Virus record (IMG/VR): IMGVR_UViG_3300025407_001359
DNA length: 64,000 nucleotides
Reading direction: 5' to 3' (one strand)
Origin: a virus
Under the pieces are notes generated by a model. That model was not told where the DNA came from. It did no database searches and saw nothing but the letters and a program-made list of their open reading frames with translations. Below, in pieces: positions 29,300 through 38,087 of the stretch; positions within the stretch are counted from its first letter, which is position 1; each line of letters begins with the position of its first letter. The translations under genes and the position numbers were made by a program.

Positions 29300-29497
29300 A
29301 TGAGCAAGTTACATAGAGTTAGAACACACCATTTACGCCTGGGTCGTATGATTATCAAAGATCACCTATTTGAAAGCCTGGAGCAAGCACTCACATTTGG
29401 CAATAGCGTTAGCGATGCTGAGAGTGTAAAAGTATACGATCACCAAGACCAAATCACACACGACTTGACGTCAGTGAGTACAGACACCTACGCCTAG
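29300..29497 (+). CDS. Small hypothetical protein, tandem paralog A
   Basis: AAGGA SD; H.VRTHH...KDH.FE.L..AL...KVYD...DTYA. Confidence 0.7.
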   Translation: MSKLHRVRTHHLRLGRMIIKDHLFESLEQALTFGNSVSDAESVKVYDHQDQITHDLTSVSTDTYA

Positions 29498-29505
29498 GAA
29501 CCACA

Positions 29506-29697
29506 ATGCCACACAAAGTCAGAACACACCATTGGTACAACGGAATTCTAGAGTTCAAAGATCACGTGTTTGAAACTCTGGACCGCGCATTGCATTTTGC
29601 CAATACGTCTGATGCAAATGTGACCAAAGTTTATGATGAGAACGATGCTATTGTGCATCAGGTGCAAAAAACCACAAGCGTTGACACATACGCATAA
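29506..29697 (+). CDS. Small hypothetical protein, tandem paralog B
   Basis: Same motifs as paralog A; AGGA SD. Confidence 0.7.
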   Translation: MPHKVRTHHWYNGILEFKDHVFETLDRALHFANTSDANVTKVYDENDAIVHQVQKTTSVDTYA

Positions 29698-29706
29698 GGA
29701 TTGGCT

Positions 29707-30111
29707 GTGAAAAAGTTATTGTTATTGTTATCAGTATTGACACTAAATGGTTGCGCTGTGTATGATGCTGTCACAATGACCAAATACGATCCCAACGAGT
29801 ACTTGTTGATATCTGAAATTCGCGTGGATGCTCGTCATTATGCCACCGGATGCACCAATCCAATCATGAGTCAGCCCAATGCAGTGGCAATGGCTCGTAA
29901 AACTGAATTGTTTGAAGCCTACAGCGAAAACCTGCCCAGCAACGGCGACGGCGTCAAGGCTGCCAAATCGCTAAATGAAATAGCACAAGGTTTAGTTGCA
30001 CGTTATAATTCGGGTGACGCAGTTAGTCCCTTGTTTTGTAAATTGAAGTTTGAAGGAATCGAGCACAGCGCCGATACAATACAACACGTTCTAGGAAACA
30101 GACCAAGATGA
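29707..30111 (+). CDS. Lipoprotein
   Basis: GTG start after AAGGA; lipobox LNGC. Confidence 0.7.
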   Translation: MKKLLLLLSVLTLNGCAVYDAVTMTKYDPNEYLLISEIRVDARHYATGCTNPIMSQPNAVAMARKTELFEAYSENLPSNGDGVKAAKSLNEIAQGLVARYNSGDAVSPLFCKLKFEGIEHSADTIQHVLGNRPR

Positions 30112-30365
30112 CATTAGATGATATCAACACTCAATTGGCTGCACTGGTAAACTCAGGTGATCCTACCTTTGCCAATGCTGCAAATTATGTAGCGCAGGCC
30201 ACACAGGCTGCGCAGAGCGGACAAATGAGTCCGCAAGAGCTAGCAGAAACGCTGAAAGACTTGCAACGTCAAATGGATATTATCCAGGATATGAGCCAGT
30301 TACAATTTAAAGAAACATTAAACACTTGCATCAATGGTCTATTGATCATAGCCGGTGCAGTATAA
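30108..30365 (+). CDS. Hypothetical protein
   Basis: 85 aa helical, coupled to the lipoprotein. Confidence 0.6.
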   Translation: MTLDDINTQLAALVNSGDPTFANAANYVAQATQAAQSGQMSPQELAETLKDLQRQMDIIQDMSQLQFKETLNTCINGLLIIAGAV

Positions 30366-30380
30366 TCAAGGAGAAGTAAA

Positions 30381-30725
30381 ATGAGTTGGTTTACAGATAT
30401 AGAAAAAAAGATAGCCGATAAAGTTGCCGGTGCTTTTACCAAAGCTGAGGATTTATTAAACAAAGCTGAACACGTTATCATTGACGATGTTAAAGGTGCG
30501 TTTGAACAATCACGTCAAGCTGCGTTAGATGCCAATGTTGAAGTAAATACTCTTAAAGCACAACTACAAGATGCTCTAGTACGTGCAAGAGATTTACATC
30601 AGGCCGCTGTTGATGCAGCCAACGCCGCTGTTGCAGCCGCCGAAGCAGATGTTGTAAGATTCAAAGCTGCCGCAGCCGCACACGCAGCCGATTTGGCGAC
30701 ACAAGCAAGTCAAATTATACAATAA
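30381..30725 (+). CDS. Ala-rich coiled-coil hypothetical protein
   Basis: AAGGAG SD, 114 aa. Confidence 0.65.
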   Translation: MSWFTDIEKKIADKVAGAFTKAEDLLNKAEHVIIDDVKGAFEQSRQAALDANVEVNTLKAQLQDALVRARDLHQAAVDAANAAVAAAEADVVRFKAAAAAHAADLATQASQIIQ

Positions 30726-30746
30726 TAAAAACCAGCAGGAGCTAAA

Positions 30747-31418
30747 ATGCCAACGTCACAAGAGTATTCAGAATTAAGCGACAGCGACAAGAAAAAAGAA
30801 GATTGGATGAACAGCAAATGGCGTCCAATGATGGGCTGGATGTATATGGCTGTTTGTATGTTTGACTTTATGTTGGCACCAATATTATGGTCAATGCTAC
30901 AAGCTGTGTTTCACGGCGGAATCAACACACAATGGCAACCATTGACACTACAAGGCGCCGGTTTGTTTCACATTGCAATGGGTGCCGTATTGGGTATTGC
31001 TGCATACGGTCGCACACAAGAAAAAATGGCTGGTGCCAATAACGGCGGCCTAACACAACCAGTAGGTACCACATATATTCCGCCAGGCGGTATGCAGGGC
31101 GGTATGAACTCAGGTATGGGCGGTGGATTTGGCGGACAATCATCAGGTGGATTTGGTGGCAGCACTGGAGGCTTTGGCGGACAATCATCAGGTGGATTTG
31201 GCGCACCAGCCGCAGGAGGTTTTGGTTCGGGTACCACAGGAGGTTTTGGTACTCCGGCCGCAGGTGGATTTGGCAGTCCCGCAACCGCACCAAGTACAGG
31301 TTCATTTGGATCAGCAACACCAGCCGCACCAAGTACAGGATTTGGTGCTGCATCTACTCCGTCTTTAAATGCAAACGGACAAAAAATAGTTCCTCAAACA
31401 GCATTTCCTGCGTTATAA
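30747..31418 (+). CDS. Holin-like membrane protein (3TM type) with a GGFG-repeat tail
   Basis: KWRPMMGWMY...FDFMLAPILW...GAVLGIAAYGRTQEK followed by low-complexity repeats. Confidence 0.7.
   Translation: MPTSQEYSELSDSDKKKEDWMNSKWRPMMGWMYMAVCMFDFMLAPILWSMLQAVFHGGINTQWQPLTLQGAGLFHIAMGAVLGIAAYGRTQEKMAGANNGGLTQPVGTTYIPPGGMQGGMNSGMGGGFGGQSSGGFGGSTGGFGGQSSGGFGAPAAGGFGSGTTGGFGTPAAGGFGSPATAPSTGSFGSATPAAPSTGFGAASTPSLNANGQKIVPQTAFPAL
31128..31330 (+). repeat. GGFG-encoding imperfect tandem repeats
   Basis: TTTGGCGGACAATCATCAGGTGGATTTGG occurs twice; further GGTTTTGG/GGATTTGG units follow. Confidence 0.85.
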
Positions 31419-31439
31419 TATAGTTACTAAGGAGAAATT

Positions 31440-31613
31440 ATGAAAAAATTATTGATCGTTTTAATCTCAACAATGTTGGCAACAACATCGGTGTATGCAA
31501 CTCAAAAAAACAAACCAGCTGCACAGAAAAAAGTAGTTAAAAAACACCAACGTGTTGATGGTACCAAGGTAGCCGACGACAAACCAACTGCACCTGTTAA
31601 AAAGAAAAAATAA
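31440..31613 (+). CDS. Small exported Lys-rich protein (57 aa, not in the ORF track)
   Basis: AAGGAG SD; MKKLLIVLISTMLATTSVYA signal peptide plus basic tail. Confidence 0.7.
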   Translation: MKKLLIVLISTMLATTSVYATQKNKPAAQKKVVKKHQRVDGTKVADDKPTAPVKKKK

Positions 31614-31629
31614 TATTTTTTTACCTATT

Positions 31630-31660
31630 AAAGCCGGTAGTTTGACTCTGCCGGCTTTTT
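31630..31660 (+). terminator. Intrinsic terminator
   Basis: AAAGCCGGTAG/CTGCCGGCTTT stem plus T-run. Confidence 0.85.
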
Positions 31661-31670
31661 CATTTATAAT
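31642..31670 (+). promoter_or_regulatory. Sigma70-type promoter with its -35 in the terminator loop
   Basis: TTGACT-17 nt-TATAAT; dnaJ ATG 6 nt later. Confidence 0.8.
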
Positions 31671-31676
31671 ACTACA

Positions 31677-32528
31677 ATGACTTATTACGAAATTTTGGGT
31701 GTCGGCGATAAAGCCACTGCCGAAGAAATCAAACGTGCTTATCGCAAGCTCGCAAGTCAGCACCACCCTGACAAAGGTGGTGATACCAAACGATTCCAAG
31801 AAATACAAACAGCCTACGACACTCTAAGCGATAATAACAAGCGTCAACAGTATGATATGCAACGCAACGGATTTGGTGGTGGTCCTGGCGGCGTACACTT
31901 TACCTGGCATTCCAATGATGCCAACCATCCCGACATCAATGAAATATTTCGCAATTTTGGGTTTGGTGGTTTCAGCAACGATCCTTTTAGTCCATTCAGA
32001 CAAAGAGAAAGACGCAATAAAGATCTGCGCATAGAAATTCCTGTGGATCTGATAGACACTTTGCAAGATCAAACCAAAACTATCAGTGTACAAACCACAA
32101 ACGGGCAACGCAGTACAATGGAAGTGAATATTCCTAGAGGAGTAACTTCTGGTACACAGATCAAATATGCCGGTTTGGGAGACAATTTATTTGACACCAT
32201 TCCCAGAGGTGATCTTTATGTGCAATTCAGTGTGCGTGTTCCGGAAAGGTTTGTTGTACATAATCTTGACATTCATACCCAAGTTGTAGTAAACTGTTTA
32301 ACAGCAATAGTTGGGGGTACAGTTGTAGTTGCAGGTATAGACAACAAAGAATTTGAATTGACAATTCCACCGGGCACACAACCTGGGACCAAATTTAGAT
32401 TGGCTCACAATGGATTGTACCAATTAAATTCAAGTGAGCGTGGTCACCTGTACATAGAACTGGCAGTCAGTATACCACGAGATCTTTCAGCCGATCAACT
32501 TGAAATTATAAAGAATCTTATCAATTAA
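31677..32528 (+). CDS. dnaJ: DnaJ/CbpA-type co-chaperone (no zinc finger)
   Basis: J-domain with HPD, G/F region, C-terminal GDLYV and GTQPG. Confidence 0.92.
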   Translation: MTYYEILGVGDKATAEEIKRAYRKLASQHHPDKGGDTKRFQEIQTAYDTLSDNNKRQQYDMQRNGFGGGPGGVHFTWHSNDANHPDINEIFRNFGFGGFSNDPFSPFRQRERRNKDLRIEIPVDLIDTLQDQTKTISVQTTNGQRSTMEVNIPRGVTSGTQIKYAGLGDNLFDTIPRGDLYVQFSVRVPERFVVHNLDIHTQVVVNCLTAIVGGTVVVAGIDNKEFELTIPPGTQPGTKFRLAHNGLYQLNSSERGHLYIELAVSIPRDLSADQLEIIKNLIN

Positions 32529-32543
32529 CCACTAAATATTTTT

Positions 32544-34829
32544 ATGAACCATAATCCAGAAATAGAATTAATTATTGCCAACGCGACCGAAGCTGCAAAA
32601 GATCGCAATCACGAATATGTGACCTTGGAACATCTAGCCCTTGGCTTGATAACATTTAAGCCCTGGAATGATTTGCTAACAGCATTTGGCATAGATGTCA
32701 AAGGGTTGATAAATGATTTAGAGGACTATTTACAAAAACAAACATACATTGTCAGCACAGCCGAAGACAATATTCCAAAGAAAACACACAGCCTGGAACG
32801 TGTGTTTAATCGTGCATTTACTCAGGTGTTGTTTAGTGGACGTAATCACGTACAGACCATTGATATCTATTTAAGTATTGCATCAGAGACCAACAGTCAC
32901 GCCAGTTATTTCTTTGTCAAGTATGGACTTGAACGCAGTCAGCTGGTGGATTTCTACAATCAAAACTATGTAGAAAGCAAAGGACGCAAAATAGCTGCCA
33001 ATGCACGTGCCGATGAAATCTTAAACGAATATTGTGAAAATTTAAACGTGGCTGCCAAAGAAGGAAAAATTGATCCAGTGGTAGGACGCGAGTTTGAACT
33101 GGATGAAATTGCACAGGTCTTGGCCAAGCGTAACAAATCAAATGTGTTGATGGTGGGCGATGCTGGTGTAGGTAAAACTGCCATTGCCGAAGGTCTGGCA
33201 CGTAACATTACCGAAGGCAAAGTTCCTGAATATCTACGTGACTATGTGGTATACAACTTAGACATTGGTAGCTTGCTGGCTGGAAGTAAATATCGCGGTG
33301 AATTTGAAGAAAAATTCAAAGATGTCATTGGAGCCTTGGGAGCCAAAGGCAAGTGCGTGTTGTTTATCGACGAAGCACATCAAATGCGTGGTGCCGGATC
33401 TGGTAGCAACAGCTCAGTGGACTTTGCCAACATGATCAAACCGGCCTTGAGCAAAGGCAACATCAAAGTGTTGGCATCAACCACCTGGGAAGAATACACA
33501 CAATCGTTTGAAAAAGATCGTGCCCTGATGCGTCGCTTTGTACGTATGACCATTGAAGAACCTACTCCGGCCATTGCCAAAAATATCTTGCGTGGCCTGC
33601 GTGAATACTTTGAAACATTCCACGGTGGTGAAATCAGTGACGCAGCCATTGATGCCGCTGTTGAATTGAGTGTGCGTTATCAACCAGATAAAAAATTACC
33701 AGACAAGGCCATCGACCTGATTGATACTGCGGCGGCCCGATTAAAAATCAATGCTGTTGACTGGTGTGTGCGTAAAACACACATTGTGGATATTATCAGC
33801 AAATTTACAAAAATCCCAGCAGAACAAATTGGATCAGAGTCGACTAAAAATCTAGTTAACCTTGAAGACACTATCAAAACCAAATTGTACGGACAAGACT
33901 CTGTGGTTGATACTGTGCTGGAAAAAATCTATGTTGCCCGTGCTGGACTCAAAAGTCTCAACAAACCAATTGGTAACTTTTTGTTTTTAGGGCCAACTGG
34001 CACAGGCAAAACCGAATTGGCCAAATTGCTGGCCGAAGGTATGGGAATGAAGATGTTGCGTTATGATATGAGTGAATATCAAGAAAAACACGCTGTGGCC
34101 AAATTGATTGGTGCGCCACCGGGCTATGTGGGCTACGACGATAGCAATCTTGGCGGTGGCTTGCTGATTAGCGACATTGAAAAAAATCCCAACTGTGTGA
34201 TCTTGTTTGACGAAGTTGAAAAGGCACACCCCGATATTATGAATATCCTGTTGCAATTGATGGACGAAGGCAATATTACCAGCTCAAACGGTAAAAAGGC
34301 CGATGCACGTAACGCCGTGGTTATTCTTACCAGTAACTTGGGTGCCAGTGCCAATGAACAAAACAACATTGGCTTTGGACGTGATTTACAAAAGTCAGGC
34401 GAAGATGACAAAGCGGTACGAGACTTCTTTAAACCTGAATTCCGTAATCGCTTGGATGCTATTTGCAAGTTTAACAAATTGAACGAAGTAAGTATCAAGA
34501 AAATTGTTGCCAAGTTCATCAACGAAGTCAACGAATTGTTGGCTGAAAAGAGCATACGTATTCGTTTAACTGAACGTGCAGTAGATCACCTAGCCGAAGT
34601 CGGATACGATAGCAAGATGGGCGCTAGACCTTTGGGTCGCAAGATCAGTGACTTGATCAAAGTGCCGCTCAGTAAAAAGATCTTGTTTGAATCTATTCCA
34701 GCCAATACTGTGATCGAAGTAGACTGGGCAGATGAAAAGTTTGAATTTAACGCTGTAGATACTTTTACAGCAAACGTACCAATGATAGACGCTAATGGAT
34801 ACATCGTTCTGGATTCAGTGCAATCCTAA
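32544..34829 (+). CDS. clpA: ClpA-like Hsp100 AAA+ ATPase
   Basis: Clp-N HEYVTLEHL; GDAGVGKT/FIDEAH; GPTGTGKT/FDEVEKAH; GARPL. Confidence 0.92.
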   Translation: MNHNPEIELIIANATEAAKDRNHEYVTLEHLALGLITFKPWNDLLTAFGIDVKGLINDLEDYLQKQTYIVSTAEDNIPKKTHSLERVFNRAFTQVLFSGRNHVQTIDIYLSIASETNSHASYFFVKYGLERSQLVDFYNQNYVESKGRKIAANARADEILNEYCENLNVAAKEGKIDPVVGREFELDEIAQVLAKRNKSNVLMVGDAGVGKTAIAEGLARNITEGKVPEYLRDYVVYNLDIGSLLAGSKYRGEFEEKFKDVIGALGAKGKCVLFIDEAHQMRGAGSGSNSSVDFANMIKPALSKGNIKVLASTTWEEYTQSFEKDRALMRRFVRMTIEEPTPAIAKNILRGLREYFETFHGGEISDAAIDAAVELSVRYQPDKKLPDKAIDLIDTAAARLKINAVDWCVRKTHIVDIISKFTKIPAEQIGSESTKNLVNLEDTIKTKLYGQDSVVDTVLEKIYVARAGLKSLNKPIGNFLFLGPTGTGKTELAKLLAEGMGMKMLRYDMSEYQEKHAVAKLIGAPPGYVGYDDSNLGGGLLISDIEKNPNCVILFDEVEKAHPDIMNILLQLMDEGNITSSNGKKADARNAVVILTSNLGASANEQNNIGFGRDLQKSGEDDKAVRDFFKPEFRNRLDAICKFNKLNEVSIKKIVAKFINEVNELLAEKSIRIRLTERAVDHLAEVGYDSKMGARPLGRKISDLIKVPLSKKILFESIPANTVIEVDWADEKFEFNAVDTFTANVPMIDANGYIVLDSVQS

Positions 34830-35523
34830 TATTTCTATAGAACATACAACCAAAAAATACTTTGGTAAATATCTCTACAAAATTGTAGTGTATGCTCCAG
34901 CGGGTCGTTTGATCGACGCCAAAGGCTCAATGACCGAAGCTCTTGAACGACGTAAAGAAATAGCCAAACACATCAACTATGGCGGATACTGGGGCAGTCA
35001 TCGCAACAAGGACATCAATCAGGCCGACATAAGTTTTTTAGAAAAATTACGAAACATTCGGCACGACAAAGCATCCGGAATCAAAATGCGGGTCGAAGAA
35101 CCCAAAATACAAATTTATTCCAATGATGCAAAACAGCTGGAGCAGTTGGTAGATGCCAATTTTGCTGACAACGAAAAACAATATTTAGAATCATTTGCTG
35201 GTCCAGAATCTGATCGCAGTGAACAACTGTTGAATTCAGGTGCCATTTTGAGAAAAACCAATATCGGGTACCGATACAAAGTCATACTCAAAGATGGACG
35301 ATACAGCCCCGACGTTAAAAATCAACTGTTGAACTATTTTACCAATTTGGGCGAGGATCAAATCAAACTACCAAAAACTGGGCGTGATATGCTGAGCAAA
35401 AGCACAGGTTTTATTTGGAACCTGTATTTTTATACCAACGATTTGAATGTGGTAACTTTTGTAAGTCTCATAAGCCCGGGTATAGTTTCAAATAGTCACG
35501 AGCTGGTTATTGCCTCAACATAA
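34795..35523 (+). CDS. Hypothetical protein
   Basis: 242 aa ORF overlapping the clpA end. Confidence 0.65.
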   Translation: MDTSFWIQCNPNISIEHTTKKYFGKYLYKIVVYAPAGRLIDAKGSMTEALERRKEIAKHINYGGYWGSHRNKDINQADISFLEKLRNIRHDKASGIKMRVEEPKIQIYSNDAKQLEQLVDANFADNEKQYLESFAGPESDRSEQLLNSGAILRKTNIGYRYKVILKDGRYSPDVKNQLLNYFTNLGEDQIKLPKTGRDMLSKSTGFIWNLYFYTNDLNVVTFVSLISPGIVSNSHELVIAST

Positions 35524-35552
35524 ATAATAGCATATTATTCAAGGAGCCCGTG

Positions 35553-35717
35553 ATGGCAAAACTTCAAGAAGATACACTAGTTATCAAAATTAGCAAATTA
35601 ATCAAAGATACAGACTCTGCTGGCACAGCATTGACCGAAGAGTTGATCACAAGTTTGGAAGCAGTAGTAGAAGAATTGGCTGGTGCCGGCGTCCTAGTTG
35701 AAATCACCACAGCCTAA
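35553..35717 (+). CDS. Small hypothetical protein (54 aa, not in the ORF track)
   Basis: Late CATAAATA at 35519-35526; AAGGAG SD; MAKLQEDTLVIKISKLIKD...VLVEITTA. Confidence 0.75.
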   Translation: MAKLQEDTLVIKISKLIKDTDSAGTALTEELITSLEAVVEELAGAGVLVEITTA

Positions 35718-35743
35718 AAATCAATCAATATAGAAAGCAATCA

Positions 35744-36619
35744 ATGAGCACAAAAAAAGTCAGTCAAAAAGACGCGGTAGCGATGATCAAAGAAGCCGCA
35801 GCCAAGCAAAAAACTCAAGCAGCAGCGCCTGCGCCACAACAAGGTACACCATTTGACTTTAGTAAAGTACATTTACACATTGGTATTCCTTGCTATGGTG
35901 GTATGGTGTCAGAGCCAACCATGACCAGCTTCCTACGTTTCACACTATTGGCCAGCCAAGCTGGACTCAATTGGAGCTTGGACACAATGGTCAATGAGAG
36001 TTTGGTAACACGTGCTCGTAACAACTTGATGGCCAAAATGATGACCAACACTACAGCCACACATTTTATGTTTATTGATGCTGATATTCGTTTCCAACCA
36101 GAATCAATTCTCAGTATGCTGGCCTATGACAAAGAAGTGATCGGTGGTTTATATCCTAAAAAAGCCTTGCCGGTAAACTATGTTATCAACTTGAAACCAC
36201 AGACCAAGATCCAAGGCGATATTTTCACAGTAGATACAATGGGCACAGGTTTCTTGTTGTTCAAACGTAGTGTATACGAAAAGTTAATTGCTGCTCACCC
36301 AGAGTGCAAGTATGTAGATGATGTGGGTTTAGGCAAGCAGTTTGAACCAATGATGTATTCAATCTTTGATTGTAAGATTGATGAGCGCGGACATTATCTA
36401 AGTGAAGACTGGTTATTCTGCCGTCGTTGGCAAGAGCTAGGTGGCGAAATCTGGGCACACTCAAAAGTTCTGTTGAACCACGTGGGACATTACGAGTATG
36501 CTGGTGACTTGGACAAGCTGAAGATTGCCGAGCGTGGATCCATGGGCATCATTGAAGATACCTTGGCTGCGCAAGGTGCCAAAATTGAAGAAACAACCAC
36601 TGAACCGGCTAAGGAGTAA
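35744..36619 (+). CDS. GT-A glycosyltransferase-like protein
   Basis: HIGIPCYGG, SLVTRARN, MFIDADI (DxD), GTGFLL, YLSEDW.FC.R. Confidence 0.8.
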   Translation: MSTKKVSQKDAVAMIKEAAAKQKTQAAAPAPQQGTPFDFSKVHLHIGIPCYGGMVSEPTMTSFLRFTLLASQAGLNWSLDTMVNESLVTRARNNLMAKMMTNTTATHFMFIDADIRFQPESILSMLAYDKEVIGGLYPKKALPVNYVINLKPQTKIQGDIFTVDTMGTGFLLFKRSVYEKLIAAHPECKYVDDVGLGKQFEPMMYSIFDCKIDERGHYLSEDWLFCRRWQELGGEIWAHSKVLLNHVGHYEYAGDLDKLKIAERGSMGIIEDTLAAQGAKIEETTTEPAKE

Positions 36620-36621
36620 AA

Positions 36622-37071
36622 ATGGCAGATACAGAAAAACTTCATTTTAAAATTGGCCTAGCTGGTACCTACTGGAATACTCATCCAATATACAGTATTT
36701 TTGTCAATGACAACAATGTGGTACCGCCTACAAAAATTACCACTGCCAGTGAGGAACAGTTTTTTGTTGAATTTGATGTTGATGTAGTAGAAGGACCAGC
36801 TGTACTAAAAATACGTTTGGAAAACAAGACCTGGCGTGATACTCTTCAGAACGAAGAAAAAACCGAAATCCTCAAAGATATGCTGTTGAATATCAAAAGC
36901 GTGGAAATCGATGATATCGATTTGGCAAATATGATCTATACCAAATCTGAGTTTGTGGGCGACGATGCTGAACGCCCTGTGCTAGATAAATGTATAGATT
37001 TAGGCTGGAATGGCACTTGGAGTTTGCCGTTTGAAAGCCCATTCTACATTTGGCTACTAGAAAACATTTAA
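36622..37071 (+). CDS. Hypothetical beta-rich protein
   Basis: AAGGAG SD; 149 aa. Confidence 0.65.
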   Translation: MADTEKLHFKIGLAGTYWNTHPIYSIFVNDNNVVPPTKITTASEEQFFVEFDVDVVEGPAVLKIRLENKTWRDTLQNEEKTEILKDMLLNIKSVEIDDIDLANMIYTKSEFVGDDAERPVLDKCIDLGWNGTWSLPFESPFYIWLLENI

Positions 37072-37104
37072 GATAAATATAGTAATACTAACACTATTAC
37101 TATA
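37072..37104 (+). promoter_or_regulatory. Late promoter overlapping a 10-bp hairpin that reaches the start codon
   Basis: GATAAATA 37072-37079; TATAGTAATA/TATTACTATA stem 37078-37104. Confidence 0.65.
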
Positions 37105-38087
37105 TGTACATAAACGAACTAGCTGAACCCCAATTACTTGTAATTTATCCCGGTAGATTTCAGCCCTTTCACAAAGGGCATTATGCCGTTTACAATTGGC
37201 TGACAGGCAAGTTCGGTCGTAACAATGTCTATATTGCAACCAGCAATAAAACAGACGCTGTCAAATCCCCTTTTACTTTTGCAGAAAAAGCATATTTTAT
37301 GCAACTTACAGGGGTTCCTGCTGACCGTATTGTACAGGCTGCCCAACCCTACAAGATTGAAGACGTGCTGGCTGGCGGGCATATTGCTGTGGCCAATCCT
37401 GCTAATACTGTGGTTGTATTTGCTGTCAGTCAAAAGGATATGGACGAGGATCCACGATTCAGTTTCGCTCCCAAGAAAGATGGTAATCCATCTTATTTCC
37501 AAAAATTTACCACAATTAAACAAACAGAGTCAATGGACAAGCACGGTTATATCTTGACCGTTCCCACGTTTGATTTCAGCGTGGCTGGAGCACCGATGCG
37601 CAGCGGCACAGAGTTACGTAAACTGTATGCCAACAGCAATGAAAAACAAAGACAGGCCATAATTGCAGATTTGTTTGGCAAATACACTCGCGAAGCTGAG
37701 CAAATAATGAACAACAAGATACCAACCCCGGTATCGGAAACAGTCAGTGCTTTTGTACCGGCTCGACAAGACAACAATGATGGTTACTATAAATTACTAG
37801 CGCATCGATATCGCAAAGATCCGCGATCACTGAGCAATAAAGAAAAAGAACAACTGCACAATTACATTATAAAACAAAAAGTTTTCAAAGAAGACGCAGC
37901 CGGAGTTGGTGTGGTCAAAGGCGGCAATGATCCTCGTTATTGTATGGCCACTGCGGGTGATCAAAACGACGTTACCGGCGATACCCTAGGCAAGGAAATG
38001 CAGGCTTACGGGTTGATTGGCAGAAAAAATCCACACACTGGACAAAAACCCGTAGGCAAAAACATAGGCAAAGGCAGTAAAGTATGA
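37104..38087 (+). CDS. HIGH-family nucleotidyltransferase (cytidylyltransferase-like) with a modular tail
   Basis: YPGRFQPFHKGH (HxGH), SPFTFAEK, RSGTELRK. Confidence 0.8.
   Translation: MYINELAEPQLLVIYPGRFQPFHKGHYAVYNWLTGKFGRNNVYIATSNKTDAVKSPFTFAEKAYFMQLTGVPADRIVQAAQPYKIEDVLAGGHIAVANPANTVVVFAVSQKDMDEDPRFSFAPKKDGNPSYFQKFTTIKQTESMDKHGYILTVPTFDFSVAGAPMRSGTELRKLYANSNEKQRQAIIADLFGKYTREAEQIMNNKIPTPVSETVSAFVPARQDNNDGYYKLLAHRYRKDPRSLSNKEKEQLHNYIIKQKVFKEDAAGVGVVKGGNDPRYCMATAGDQNDVTGDTLGKEMQAYGLIGRKNPHTGQKPVGKNIGKGSKV

Noticed and set aside
30922-31808. Alternative-frame and antisense ORFs around the holin repeats
   Set aside because: By-products of the GGFG repeats and of the real 31440-31613 ORF.
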